Notes: generated from the letters alone by a model not told the origin. A stretch of 64,000 nucleotides of DNA from Vulcanimicrobiota bacterium (GCA_963818845.1 CAWFTO010000002.1:468016-532015), one strand, 5' to 3'; shown: positions 1 through 10,257, counted from the stretch's first letter. Made by a program: numbers and translations.

Positions 1-2
1 CC

Positions 3-1166
3 GGCGTTCACGCGCTGCACCCGCGACCGTCCGATGCGTTCGCGTGGGTTCACGCGGTTGCGCTCGGATGGCTCACCACGATCGCGCTGTCCGTCCTGAT
101 CCGCATCCTGCCGCAGACGACCGACCGTCCGTGGCGCCTCGAAGGGCTCGCGCGCGGCGCGCTGGCCGGCGTCGTCGCCGGAGCGATCGGCATGGTCGCG
201 GGTTTCTTCGCGAGCACGCTGGTTCTCGCAGCAGGCGCGGTTCTCGCCGCGGCGTCGATCGGCGCGTACGTCTTTGCGGCGTTGCTCACGCTCGCGCGTC
301 GTGTGGGCGGAAGGCGCGAAGCGGCGATCGCTCGCGCGCTCGGCGTGACGCTTGCCCTTCTCGGACTCACCGCGATCGCCGGCGTGATCCTCGCGCTGAG
401 CATCGATCGCGAATTCGCGGTGCCGGCGCAACTGCTGCCGGTCCACGCGACGCTCGGCGTGGCCGGCTGGCTCACGATCCTCACGACCGGCGTCGCCGCC
501 CGCACGCTGCGCGTCATTCTGGACACGGACTCCCGCCTGCCTCACGCGCACGTTCTGGTCGGATCGGGGCTCGTCGCCGGGGTGGTCCTCGTCTGCATGC
601 ATGGACCGCTCGGCATCCTCGCGATCGTCGGCTTCACGGTGATCGCGGCAGCCGCAGCATGCTTCGCCCTCGACGCGATAGACCGCGCGGCGCGATCGCG
701 CGTCCCGAATCCGGCGGCGCGCATCGGCGTCGTCGCGTCGAGCGCGTGGATCGTCGTCGCGGCGCTCGCCGCGCTGACCGCGAGCGTTCGCGGCAGCGGC
801 ACGCTCGGTGGCGTCGCGGTCGTCGCCGCGCTGGTGGGCTGGGTCGGCAGCATGATGCTGGCGCATCTGCATCACATCGGCGTGCGGCTCATCGCGACGT
901 CGGTGATCGGCGACGACGACGAGACGCCTCCCTGGGCGCTGATCTCGGCGCCGCTCTCCGTCGCGACGCTCGTCGCCTACGAGGCCGGCGCGCTTCTGCT
1001 GTGCGGCGGCGTCGCCGCAGGCGCAGACGCCGCTGCACCGCCGGCGCGTGCGGCAACGTTCGTGTTGTGCGCGGCGGCGCTGGGCGTTCTGGCGACGTCG
1101 CTGCTCGCCGCGAACCTCGCGACAGCCGTTGCTCGGGCGCGCAGTCTGCGCGCCGCGGCGATCTGA
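3..1166 (+). CDS. Multi-pass membrane protein, 5'-partial (NnrS/heme-copper-oxidase-like His motifs, function unknown)
   Basis: The frame of ORF 192..1166 stays open to the window edge (GVHALHP...VHAVALGWLTT). Many hydrophobic helices, with recurring His motifs VHAVALGWL, VHATLGVAGWL and HLHHIG. Confidence 0.7.
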   Translation, partial: GVHALHPRPSDAFAWVHAVALGWLTTIALSVLIRILPQTTDRPWRLEGLARGALAGVVAGAIGMVAGFFASTLVLAAGAVLAAASIGAYVFAALLTLARRVGGRREAAIARALGVTLALLGLTAIAGVILALSIDREFAVPAQLLPVHATLGVAGWLTILTTGVAARTLRVILDTDSRLPHAHVLVGSGLVAGVVLVCMHGPLGILAIVGFTVIAAAAACFALDAIDRAARSRVPNPAARIGVVASSAWIVVAALAALTASVRGSGTLGGVAVVAALVGWVGSMMLAHLHHIGVRLIATSVIGDDDETPPWALISAPLSVATLVAYEAGALLLCGGVAAGADAAAPPARAATFVLCAAALGVLATSLLAANLATAVARARSLRAAAI

Positions 1167-1175
1167 GGCCGTCGC

Positions 1176-1794
1176 TCAGTCGCCCAGATAGAGTCCGTCG
1201 AACATCGCGTCGATCGGCGAACGCGAATCCCGGCATCGAAGGATGCGTCACGACCTCGCCGGCGCCGAAGCGCGCAACGCCGTCGCGGGCATGCGCGATG
1301 ACCGTTCGATGCGGCGGATCGACGACGAAGACGACGCGCGTCTCGGCGGCGAGGTACGCGCCGACCTTCCACGCGAGCCGTCGCTCCGAGTCGCCCTTCG
1401 AGAGGACCTCCACGACGATCTCCGGCGCGCACGGCGGCATCTCGGATGCCGACTGACCGAGCGCGTCGAGCGCGGCACGCGACATGACGGCGACGTCCGG
1501 AACGAGCGATGCGAAGCGGTGTCCGGGTGCGGTGAATTGATGCCGCCACTCCGGCAGCGCTTCGCCGCGACCGCCCAGCCACGCCGACAACGCCGCCGCC
1601 CAGCGCTGCTCGAGCACCTGGTGGCGGCGCTTGCCGCTCACTTTTTGGACGAGCACGCCTTCGATGAGCTCGAACGCGGGCTTCGCTTCGGGGATCGGGT
1701 ACGGTTCGGTGACTTCGTAGACCATGTCACGCGCGTCCATCACGTGCTGATCTACATTCGGCAAGGGCTCGCGGCCCTGCGACCTTTCGGCCAT
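1176..1794 (-). CDS. Uma2/DUF820 family endonuclease (one frame break near 1215)
   Basis: FELIEG...PDVAV...APEIVVEVLSKGD...KVGAYL...VFVVDP Uma2 motifs. Removing one base near 1215 gives the natural end IDAMFDGLYLGD* at 1176 instead of the read-through to 889. Confidence 0.85.
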
Positions 1795-1798
1795 CTCG

Positions 1799-3961
1799 TC
1801 AGCCGCTGACGCGTGCTTCCCGCTTGGTCACGCGCCACACGTTGCGCACGTCCTTGATCGCCTGGAGCTTGCGCAGCAGCTTGTGCAGGTGATCCAGGTC
1901 GCTGATCTGTGCCGTCAGCGAGATGAGCGCGCTCTTGTCGCGCTTCGCGCGCGCGTTGACCGAGCTGATCTGCGTCTTGAGCTCCGCCGCCACGCCGAGC
2001 ACGTCTTGCAGCAGGCCGTTGCGGTCGTTCGCCTCGATCTCGATGTCGACCGCATGCGTGAGCGCCGACTTGTCGAGCCACTCGGCTTCGAGAATGCGCT
2101 CCGGCGCCTCGTTCATATACGCCGTGTTCGGACAGTCCGCGCGGTGCACCGAGACGCCGCGCCCGATCGTGACGAACCCCATGATCGGATCCCCGGGCAC
2201 GGGGCTGCAGCACTTCGACAGCCGCACGAGCACGTCGTCGACGCCGGCGATCCGGATGCCGCTGGCGTTGCGCGCGACGCGGCGCGTCGCCGCGGGACGT
2301 GTCGGCAGCGGGATCGGCACGACGTTGTCGGTTTTCGACTCTTCGCGCAGCCTCTGCACGACGCTGCCGCCGGTCGCGTCGCCGAAGCCGACCGCGGCGA
2401 AGAGATCGGTCGCGCTGCGGTAGTTGAGCTTCTGCGCGACCTTCTCGATCGCGTCGCCGCGCGCGAGGTCCGGACGCAGCCCGGCGCGCGCGAGCTCCGC
2501 TTCGACGGCCTCCTGGCCGCGCAGCGTGTTCTCTTCCTTCTGTTCCTTGCGGAACCACTGCTTGATCTTGTGCTTCGCGCTGCTCGTCTTGACGATCGAG
2601 AGCCAGTCGAGCGACGGACGCGACGACTTGTTCGTCAGCACCTCGACGATGTCGCCGTTCTTGATGTGCGAGTCCAGCGGCACGATCTTGCCGTTGACCT
2701 TGGCGCCGACGCAGTGGTGGCCGACGTCGGTGTGCACCTGGTACGCGAAGTCGAGCGGCGTCGCGGACGCCGGCATCGAGAAGACGTCGCCTTTGGGCGA
2801 GAAGATGAACACCTGCGTGTCGAACAGGTCGACTTTCAGGTTCTCCATGAACATGCGCGAGTCGCGCATGTCGTTCTGCCACTCCAGCAGCGAGCGCAGC
2901 CACGTGAGCTTCTGCTCGAAGTCGTCCTTCTTGCCGCCCTCTTTGTAGCGCCAGTGCGCCGCGATCCCGTACTCGCTGGTGCGGTGCATCTCCCACGTGC
3001 GAATCTGCACTTCGAGCGGGTCGCCGCCGGGGCCGACGACGGTCGTATGGAGCGACTGGTACATGTTCGGCTTGGGCATCGCGATGTAGTCTTTGAACCG
3101 CCCGGGGAGCGGCTTCCACATCGCGTGCACGAGTCCCAGCGCGCCGTAGCAGTCCTTGACCGAGTCGACGATGATGCGCACGGCCGTGAGATCGTAGATG
3201 GTCGAGAACTCGCGGCCCTTCTGCATCTTCTTGTGGATCGAGTAGAAGTGCTTGGGGCGGCCGGTGATGTCGCCGTTGATGGCGAGCTTGTGGAACTCGG
3301 CCTTCAGCTCGCTGATGACGCGCGAGACGGCCTCTTCGCGCTCGTTCCGCTTCTTGGCGACGCGCTCGGCGATGTCGCGGTACGCGTCCGGGTCGAGGTA
3401 GCGCAGCGAGAGGTCCTCGAGATCCCACTTGACGCGCCAAATGCCCAGACGGTGCGCGATCGGCGCGTAGATCTCGATGGTCTCCCGCGCGATCGACTGC
3501 TGCTTCGCCGGCGGCATGAACGAAAGCGTCCGCATGTTGTGCAGGCGGTCGGCGAGCTTGATGATGATGACGCGGATGTCTTTCGCCATCGCGAGCAGCA
3601 TCTTGCGCAGGTTCTCGACCTGCGCGTCTTCCTTCGACTGGTACGGGATGCGCGTGAGCTTCGTGACGCCGTCGACCAGCGCGGCGATCTCGGCCCCGAA
3701 CTCCTCGGCGACTTGATCGTTGGTGAGGAACGTGTCCTCGACGACGTCGTGCAGCAGGGCCGCGGCGATCGTCGCGCGGTCGAGCTCGAGGTCGGCCAGA
3801 ATGTCGGCGACGGCCAGCGGATGGGCGATGTACGACTCGCCGGAAGCGCGGTGCTGGCCTTCGTGGGCCCGGTCCGCAACCTCGTAGACGCGCTCCAGCC
3901 ACGCACCGTCCAGCGACGGGTCGTACTGCTGAACCTTGGAGACGAGGTCGTGGATGGTCAT
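1799..3961 (-). CDS. relA: Bifunctional (p)ppGpp synthetase/hydrolase (long RSH)
   Basis: HD domain (LLHDVVEDT, IKLADRLHNMRTL), synthetase (GRPKHFYSI, YQSLHT, EVQIRT), TGS (TPLDFAY) and ACT domains; 720 aa. Confidence 0.97.
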   Translation of the reverse strand: MTIHDLVSKVQQYDPSLDGAWLERVYEVADRAHEGQHRASGESYIAHPLAVADILADLELDRATIAAALLHDVVEDTFLTNDQVAEEFGAEIAALVDGVTKLTRIPYQSKEDAQVENLRKMLLAMAKDIRVIIIKLADRLHNMRTLSFMPPAKQQSIARETIEIYAPIAHRLGIWRVKWDLEDLSLRYLDPDAYRDIAERVAKKRNEREEAVSRVISELKAEFHKLAINGDITGRPKHFYSIHKKMQKGREFSTIYDLTAVRIIVDSVKDCYGALGLVHAMWKPLPGRFKDYIAMPKPNMYQSLHTTVVGPGGDPLEVQIRTWEMHRTSEYGIAAHWRYKEGGKKDDFEQKLTWLRSLLEWQNDMRDSRMFMENLKVDLFDTQVFIFSPKGDVFSMPASATPLDFAYQVHTDVGHHCVGAKVNGKIVPLDSHIKNGDIVEVLTNKSSRPSLDWLSIVKTSSAKHKIKQWFRKEQKEENTLRGQEAVEAELARAGLRPDLARGDAIEKVAQKLNYRSATDLFAAVGFGDATGGSVVQRLREESKTDNVVPIPLPTRPAATRRVARNASGIRIAGVDDVLVRLSKCCSPVPGDPIMGFVTIGRGVSVHRADCPNTAYMNEAPERILEAEWLDKSALTHAVDIEIEANDRNGLLQDVLGVAAELKTQISSVNARAKRDKSALISLTAQISDLDHLHKLLRKLQAIKDVRNVWRVTKREARVSG

Positions 3962-3976
3962 CAGAAAGGAAGCCTT

Positions 3977-4006
3977 ATCCTACCTGAGATCGGCGTGGCA
4001 ACGCAA
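3977..4006 (-). promoter_or_regulatory. Putative sigma70 promoter of rel
   Basis: Minus strand TTGCGT-N18-TAGGAT, 15 nt upstream of the ATG. Confidence 0.35.
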
Positions 4007-4151
4007 AGGCTGCAGTTTGAACGGCGCTTCGCCCTAGGCTCCGCGCCCCCCACGCCTTCGGCGCGGGGCCCCCGGTCCGACCTCGCAACGATATCGTGCC
4101 GGCGGCACGATGCTGCTGTGCTCGGTCCATGACCGGTCCCGCGAGTTCGGG

Positions 4152-4670
4152 CTAGTACTTGATGAAGCTCGTCAGTTCGACGCCGTTGAGGGCGGCGCGG
4201 CCGTTCAGGGCTTCGAGCTCGATGAGCACCGCCGTCCCCACGACGTCCGCGCCGAGCTTCTCGAGGAGCCGCAGCGTCGCGGCGATCGTGCCGCCGGTGG
4301 CGAGCAGATCGTCGACGACGAGGACGCGGTGACCGTTGCCGACGGCGTCGGCGTGGATCTCGAGCGTGTTGGTGCCGTACTCGAGCGCGTACTCCTCGCT
4401 GAATTTCTCGCCGGGCAGCTTGCCGGGCTTGCGCACGGGGACGAACCCGGCGCCGAGCGCGTAGGCGACCGGAGCGCCGAGCATGTAGCCGCGCGCCTCG
4501 ATGCCCACGACCGCCTCGACGCGCGCGTCGCGAAACCGCTCCACGAACAGGTCGACGGTTGCCTTGAAGCCCTGGCGATCGGCCAGCAGAGGCGTGATGT
4601 CCCGGAAGAGGATCCCGGGAATCGGAAAGTCGGGGATCGCCCGGATCAGCGATTCGATCGGCTCGGTCAC
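4152..4670 (-). CDS. apt: Adenine phosphoribosyltransferase
   Basis: [48 protein letters not shown]; probable GTG start at 4670. Confidence 0.96.
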   Translation of the reverse strand: MTEPIESLIRAIPDFPIPGILFRDITPLLADRQGFKATVDLFVERFRDARVEAVVGIEARGYMLGAPVAYALGAGFVPVRKPGKLPGEKFSEEYALEYGTNTLEIHADAVGNGHRVLVVDDLLATGGTIAATLRLLEKLGADVVGTAVLIELEALNGRAALNGVELTSFIKY

Positions 4671-4795
4671 GGCTCGCCCGCTTCGCTTTCGCCGAAGATG
4701 CGCCTGCGCGCACACATGCGCGGGAACCGGACCGCGCGCCGCGCTCGTTTCTTGCGGTGAGATCATTCCCCGCTCGGGGAACAACGGGAGACGCT

Positions 4796-5095
4796 ATGAA
4801 CCGAACGCTTACCGCGAGTCTGCTCGCCGCGACGATCACCGTCGGGGCCGTGGCGCCGGCGCTCGCCGACGGAGCAGCGAGCACGCGCAACATCCTCGTC
4901 GGCGGCGCCGCTGCCGCCGTGCTGATCACGAACTACAACCACAAGAAGCGCATCAAGGCGAACGAGCAGCGCCAAGACGCGCGGCGCCAAGCATCGTATC
5001 GCTCGTACTTCTATCACCGGTACGGCTACTATCCGAGCGAGACGCAGTACCGCGACTGGTACCACCGCACGTACGGCACGTGGCCGTCGAACTAG
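4796..5095 (+). CDS. Small secreted Tyr-rich hypothetical protein
   Basis: GGGAG RBS before ATG 4796, signal peptide (MNRTLTASLLAATITVGAVAPALA), duplicated Tyr-rich C-terminal motif, followed by a terminator. Confidence 0.75.
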   Translation: MNRTLTASLLAATITVGAVAPALADGAASTRNILVGGAAAAVLITNYNHKKRIKANEQRQDARRQASYRSYFYHRYGYYPSETQYRDWYHRTYGTWPSN

Positions 5096-5118
5096 CCGAC
5101 TCGGGAGCATGACGATCG

Positions 5119-5144
5119 AGCCACCCCGCCCGGGGTGGCTTTTT
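5119..5144 (+). terminator. Intrinsic terminator
   Basis: AGCCACCCC/GGGGTGGCT 9-bp stem followed by TTTT. Confidence 0.8.
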
Positions 5145-5167
5145 CGTCGCGACGAAGGACGCGTGCG

Positions 5168-5998
5168 GTGATCGACTTCCGCTACTTGCGCACTCGCGAA
5201 CGGCTGATCGTCGCGTTTGCGATCGCGATCGCGATCCACGAGATCGCGCTCGGTCTCGTCCACGCGCCCGCACCCGAGTCGGACCGTGAGGATCAAGCCG
5301 TCACCACGCGCATCGCGATCGAGACGCCGCCGCCGCGCCGCACGCCGCGACCGACGCCGACGCCGCGTCCGACGCCGCCGCCCACCCCGCCGCCACGCAT
5401 CACGCCGCCGCCGCATAGCACGCCGGCGCCGGTTCAGCAGGTTGCGGCGCGCGCAAAGGGTCATCCCGCGCACCGCCGCGGCGGCGGCGCGAAGAAAGCC
5501 GTCATCGCGAAAGCCGTCACGGGCGTCGCCGCGAATCCGCGCGCCGCCGGCGTGGGAACCGGAACGTCGACCGGCAGCGGGAGCGGCAATGCGCCGGGGA
5601 CGGGCGGCGGGCAAAACGGCGAAGGCAGCGGCAGCGCGGGCAACGGCAACGGCGCGGTGAACGCCGACACGCCGTGCGGCGTGCCCGAGTTCTTGCCGAC
5701 CGACCCGCCCCGCTACGTCAGCGGCACCGCGTACGAAAAGGTGCGCGCGCGCGTGACGTTCCGCGACGGACATACGGAAAGCGTCGTGTTTCCGTACGCA
5801 TGGGTCTATCCGAACGGCGAGCAGAACGATCCGTGGTCGAACACGAACCTCCAGAAAGGCGACTTCGACGTCACGCTGCAGACGCCGCCGCCGGGCACGG
5901 ATACCTCGTCGTACCCCTTGCTCGTGCGCTACATCTTGAGTCACACCGGACCCGACGGGTTCACGAATCTCGTGGACTGTCCGAAAGGCCACGGTTGA
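5168..5998 (+). CDS. Membrane-anchored TonB-like protein with Pro/Thr-rich and Gly-rich linkers and an unknown C-terminal domain
   Basis: N-terminal TM helix with SxxxH-like His (AIAIAIHEIAL), TPPPRRTPRPTPTP tract, GTGTSTGSGSG tract; probable GTG start at 5168. Confidence 0.7.
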   Translation: MIDFRYLRTRERLIVAFAIAIAIHEIALGLVHAPAPESDREDQAVTTRIAIETPPPRRTPRPTPTPRPTPPPTPPPRITPPPHSTPAPVQQVAARAKGHPAHRRGGGAKKAVIAKAVTGVAANPRAAGVGTGTSTGSGSGNAPGTGGGQNGEGSGSAGNGNGAVNADTPCGVPEFLPTDPPRYVSGTAYEKVRARVTFRDGHTESVVFPYAWVYPNGEQNDPWSNTNLQKGDFDVTLQTPPPGTDTSSYPLLVRYILSHTGPDGFTNLVDCPKGHG

Positions 5999-7017
5999 GC
6001 GCGATCCACGTCGCGGTCGATGCGCACAACCTCGTGCGCGACGACCGCGGGATCGGGCGATACGCGCGCGCCGTGCTGTCGCGCGCGGTGCACGATCCGC
6101 GCTTCCGGTGGACGCTCGTCGTGCGCGACCTCTTTCCGAAGCGCCGCGCGCTCCTGCAGGCGGTCGGCGGTGCGCCGATCGGCATCGCGCGTTCCGTGCC
6201 GCGCGACGCCGACGTCACCTGGTTTCCGTGGAACGGCATCTTCTTGCGCAGCGAGGCACCCGCGGTCGCGACGGTGCACGACGCGGCGCCGTTCGCGTTT
6301 CCCGCCGCTGATGCGCGGCGGCGGGCGACCGAACAGGACCCGTTCCTCGCGACGGCGAGCACGGCGCGCACGATCATCGTGCAATCGCAGTTCACGGCCG
6401 GCGAGGTCGAGCGCCGCCTGGGCGTCCAGCCGGATCGTCTGGTCGTCACCCCGCTCGCTGCGGACGCCGCGTTCGCGCCGGGTCCCGCGACCGGGCTGCC
6501 GGAGGCGCTGCGCGGCCGCCGCTACGTGCTGCATGTCGGCGCGCACGACGAGCGCAAGAACTCCGCGACGCTGATCGACGGCGCGGCGCGCGCGTTTCCC
6601 GGCGACGGCGTGACGCTCGCGTTCACGCGCAAACCGCCGTTGCTTCCGCCCGGCGGCGTCGTCGTCGACGCGCCCGGCGACGCGGAGCTCGCGGCGCTGT
6701 ACCGCGGCGCCGCGCTGGTCGCCGTGCCGTCGACGTACGAGGGCTTCGGGCTGCCGCTGCTCGAGGCGATGGCGTGCGGCGCGCCCGTGCTCGCCGCGCG
6801 CGCCGGAGCGCTGCCCGAGGTTGGCGGCGATGCTGCCGCGTGGGTCGACGACGCGCACGATCCTGCGGCGTGGGCGCGCGCGCTGCGCGATCTGCTTGCG
6901 GACGACGCGGCGCGCGCCGATCTCGCGGCGCGCGGTCCGGCGCGCGCCGCGACGTTCTCGTGGGACCGGTGCGCTTCGCAGACCCTGGACGTGCTCGCGG
7001 ACGCCGCTCGCGCGTGA
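5995..7017 (+). CDS. GT4 (GT-B) glycosyltransferase
   Basis: RGIGRY, TVHDAAP, HVGAHDERKN, PSTYEGFGLPLLEAMACGAPV; TTG start overlaps the upstream stop. Confidence 0.9.
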   Translation: MSAIHVAVDAHNLVRDDRGIGRYARAVLSRAVHDPRFRWTLVVRDLFPKRRALLQAVGGAPIGIARSVPRDADVTWFPWNGIFLRSEAPAVATVHDAAPFAFPAADARRRATEQDPFLATASTARTIIVQSQFTAGEVERRLGVQPDRLVVTPLAADAAFAPGPATGLPEALRGRRYVLHVGAHDERKNSATLIDGAARAFPGDGVTLAFTRKPPLLPPGGVVVDAPGDAELAALYRGAALVAVPSTYEGFGLPLLEAMACGAPVLAARAGALPEVGGDAAAWVDDAHDPAAWARALRDLLADDAARADLAARGPARAATFSWDRCASQTLDVLADAARA

Positions 7018-8099
7018 AGGCGCTGCTCGTCGTTCGATCCGACGCGCGCTCGAAGCACGGCGGCGACGTCGTGCACGCCGAGCGCACCGCCGCGGCGCTG
7101 CGCGCGCTCGGCGCCAGCCCGGACGTCGTCGCCAGCGACGCGCCCGATCCGCGCGGCTACGACGTCGCGCACGTGTTCGGCATCTTCGACCCGCCGCGCG
7201 CTCGCAGCCAGATCGACGCCATCCGCGCGCACGGAACGCCGCTTGCGCTCTCGCCCATCTGGCTCGACTTGCGCGCGCTGTTCGCGACGGCTCCCGTCAT
7301 CGAGCGCGCGCTCGCAGCTCGCAGCCCCTCGGACGTCGAGCGGCGGCTCGCCGCGTTACGTCGCATCCAGACGCATCTGCCGTGGCGCGGGTCCGTCGCG
7401 CGCAACGCGGACCGCCGGCTCGACGAGCAGCGCCGTCTCGTGCACGACGCCGATATCGTGCTTCCGGCCAGCAATGTCGAAGCGTACCTGTACGGCGAGC
7501 GGTTGCGCGCAACATCGATCCCGTTCGTCGTCGCCCCGCTCGGCGTCGACGACGACGCGTTCGCCGTGGACCGGCCGAGCGCGCGCGCCGGCGTGCTGTG
7601 CGCCGGCCGCGTCGAGCCGAAAAAGAATCAGGCCGCGCTGCTGTACGCGCTGCGGGACGTCGACGTCGACGTCACCATCGTCGGCAGCACGTACGACGCG
7701 CGATACCTTGCGCTCTGCCGGCGCTGGGCGACGCCGCGCACGCGGTTCGTCGCTCATGCCGGCCGCGGCGAAATTCTCGCCATGATGGCGCGCGCAGCCG
7801 TGCATGCGCTGCCGTCTTGGCTCGAAAGTCCGGGCCTGGCGTCGCTCGAAGCCGCCGCGACGGGTGCGCGCGTCGTGACCGGCGACCGGGGCTGCGAGCG
7901 CGAGTACTTCGGCCCGGACGTCGACTATGCGAACCCGGCCGATCCGGCGACGATCCGCGACGCCGTGCTGCGCGCGCTGCGGCGCGGCGCCCGCGACCGG
8001 GGAGACGCGCTCGAGCGCCGTCTGGGCGGCTTCACGTGGCAGCGGACGGCGGCTGCGACGCTCGACGCATACGCGCGCGCGACAGCGGCGCGCGGCTGA
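7014..8099 (+). CDS. GT4 (GT-B) glycosyltransferase
   Basis: KHGGD N-terminus, CAGRVEPKKNQ, LPSWLESPGLASLEAAA; GTGA overlap with the previous gene. Confidence 0.88.
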   Translation: MKALLVVRSDARSKHGGDVVHAERTAAALRALGASPDVVASDAPDPRGYDVAHVFGIFDPPRARSQIDAIRAHGTPLALSPIWLDLRALFATAPVIERALAARSPSDVERRLAALRRIQTHLPWRGSVARNADRRLDEQRRLVHDADIVLPASNVEAYLYGERLRATSIPFVVAPLGVDDDAFAVDRPSARAGVLCAGRVEPKKNQAALLYALRDVDVDVTIVGSTYDARYLALCRRWATPRTRFVAHAGRGEILAMMARAAVHALPSWLESPGLASLEAAATGARVVTGDRGCEREYFGPDVDYANPADPATIRDAVLRALRRGARDRGDALERRLGGFTWQRTAAATLDAYARATAARG

Positions 8100-9267
8100 T
8101 GCGGATTCTCGTCGCAGCGGAGCGCCTCGGCCACGCCGGCGGCATGGAGCGTTACCTCGAGATCGTGCTGCCCGCGCTCGCGGCGGCGGGCGCGACGGTG
8201 CACGCGATCGCGCGGGCCGTCGACGCCGTTCCGCACGGCATCACCGCGCAGCAGATCGCGTGGGCCGACGAGCACGATGCCCCGAGCGGGCACGCGCGCC
8301 TCGCCATGCAGCACGCCATTGCCGACTTCGCGCCGGACGTCGCGGTCGCGCACAACGTGATGGACGCGGGAGTCGTCGAAGCGCTACGGGCGGCGCCGCG
8401 GCTGGCGTACCACGCGCACGATCATCGCCCGTTCTGCCCCAACGGCGACCGCATGTTTCCGCGCAGCGCGCGCATCTGCGCGCTGCCGATCGGGCGGGCA
8501 TGCGCGGTTCATTCGCTCACCGACGGCTGCGGATACGGACCTCGGCGCCGCACGTTGACGCTGATCGGGCGGCGAGGGCGCATGCGCGACGCGGTCGCCG
8601 CGGCCGACGCGATCGTGGTCGCATCGTCGTACATGGCGGACATTGCTGCGCGCAACGGCATCGAGCCGGCACGCGTTCACGAGGTGCGCGCCGCCGTTGG
8701 CCGACGACGCGTACGGCGCGGGCGAACGCGCGGGCTCCGCGCGCGTGGTCGTTTTCGCGGGCCGCGTCGTGCCCCAGAAGGGCCTCGACGCGCTCGTGCG
8801 CGCGGTCGCAACGGTATCACCGCGACAACGGCCGGCCGTCATGGTGCGTTGGCGACGGTCCGGCGCTGTCGGACGCGCGCGACGAGGCAACGCGTCTGGG
8901 CGTGACACTGCACGCGCGCGGCAGCGTCGGACCGGACGAGGTGCGCGACGCGATGGACGCATCGTCGCTCGTCGCGCTCCCGTCGGTCTGGGCCGAACCG
9001 TTCGGCTACGTGGGCATCGAAGCGTTCGCGCGCGCACGCCCCGTCGTCGCATACGACGTCGGCGGCGTCGGCGCGTGGCTCGAGCAAAATCGAAACGGCA
9101 TCGTCGTCGGGCGCGGGAACGAAGTCGCCCTGGGCGACGCGATGCAGATGCTGCTCGACGACGACCCGAACCGCGAGCGGCTCGGGCGAAACGCGCGCAG
9201 CGACGCCGAGCGCTTCCGGCTCGCCCCCACGGTCGGCCGCCTGCTCAACGTGTACCGCTCGGCGTGA
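8099..9267 (+). CDS. GT4 glycosyltransferase (two frame breaks near 8687 and 8847)
   Basis: MRILVAAERLGHAGGMERY in one frame, FAGRVVPQKGL in a second, PSVWAEPFGYVGIEAFA in a third; each join is restored by removing one base. Confidence 0.82.
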
Positions 9268-9727
9268 AGCTGCGCGGCGCGAGCGCGTCGATCACCCACT
9301 GCTCGCCGTCCCACACCATCGTGACGTGCTCGACGAGGTGGAGCGCGCGGCGCGGGTCGTCGCGCGCGTTGCCGTCGAGCCATACGTCGAGCGACGTCCC
9401 GCGCGTCGGGCGCACCGTGATCTGCGGCGACGCGAAGAGCTCGTAGCGGTCCATCAGGTCGTTGGTGCTCATCGTCGCGCGCACGCGCGGCGAAAGCATC
9501 GCGTACGCGAAGCTCCAATGCGCGCCTTCGATATCCTGATAGTAACGCTCGAGCACGGCGCCGAGATCCGGATCCGCCGGCGCCGGTCGCGGGCTCGCGG
9601 CGCTGAGCGAGCGCGGCGGCTCGGACGACGCTGCCGCCGCGGCGTCCCGGCGATGCGCCGGCGAGCAGGCACCGCAGGCCAACACGCCCGCGATCGCCAC
9701 GGTCGAAAGCACCCGCAGTCCGCGCAT
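9245..9727 (-). CDS. Hypothetical lipoprotein/exported protein (NTF2-like pattern)
   Basis: Signal peptide with lipobox-like LACGAC, then VLERYY...WSFAYAMLS...W.IDA. Confidence 0.6.
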   Translation of the reverse strand: MRGLRVLSTVAIAGVLACGACSPAHRRDAAAAASSEPPRSLSAASPRPAPADPDLGAVLERYYQDIEGAHWSFAYAMLSPRVRATMSTNDLMDRYELFASPQITVRPTRGTSLDVWLDGNARDDPRRALHLVEHVTMVWDGEQWVIDALAPRSFTPSGTR

Positions 9728-9789
9728 CGCGTGCCTCTTCCGCACGGCGACCGCGTGGGCCCGCGAGCACGCAGGGCGAAAGGCGATGA

Positions 9790-10254
9790 ATGCGTTCAGT
9801 GCTGCTGGTCCTCGCCGCCGTCACGCTGATCGGCTGCGCCCGCGGCCCTTCGGCCGGTCCGCCGAGCACGTGCACGCCGGACGTCAACGCCGGGCTCGCG
9901 GCGCTGATCGCGCAGGACGCGGCGCGCCCTATCGACGGCGTGATGCTGTGCGGAACGACGTTCGGGCCGTCGCGTCCGATCGGCGGCGGACCGCACGGCG
10001 GGCACGCGCTGATCCCCGTGCGCGTCGCGCTTCCCGGGGGTTCGACGGCGCTCGTGGAGGTCGTGACGAACGACGCGCTCGACGGCGTCGTCACCGCTCC
10101 GCGCGGAGCAGCCGTCGCGGCGCTCGGGCAGTACTACCGCACGACGGCGGGGCAGCGTCCGTTCGTCGCAGGAATCCACGAGACGCACTGCGCGACGCAC
10201 CGCGGCGGCGCGGACGGCTGGGTCACGGTCGACGGCAAGCGTTACGGGTGCTGA
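9790..10254 (+). CDS. Lipoprotein, DUF3465-like
   Basis: Lipobox TLIGC; GHA, GQYY, IHETHCATH, GWVTVDGKRY resemble the DUF3465 pattern. Confidence 0.65.
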   Translation: MRSVLLVLAAVTLIGCARGPSAGPPSTCTPDVNAGLAALIAQDAARPIDGVMLCGTTFGPSRPIGGGPHGGHALIPVRVALPGGSTALVEVVTNDALDGVVTAPRGAAVAALGQYYRTTAGQRPFVAGIHETHCATHRGGADGWVTVDGKRYGC

Positions 10255-10257
10255 CCG

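Noticed and set aside
889-1794. Uma2 gene as a restriction or defence system
   Set aside because: Solitary DUF820 gene with no methylase or partner; such genes are common and scattered.
4020-4145. Hairpin-rich apt-rel intergenic region as another palindromic element or riboswitch
   Set aside because: Short stems are present (e.g. ATCGTGCC/GGCACGAT) but there is no long terminal inverted repeat and no recognisable aptamer; a terminator or attenuator for apt is sufficient.
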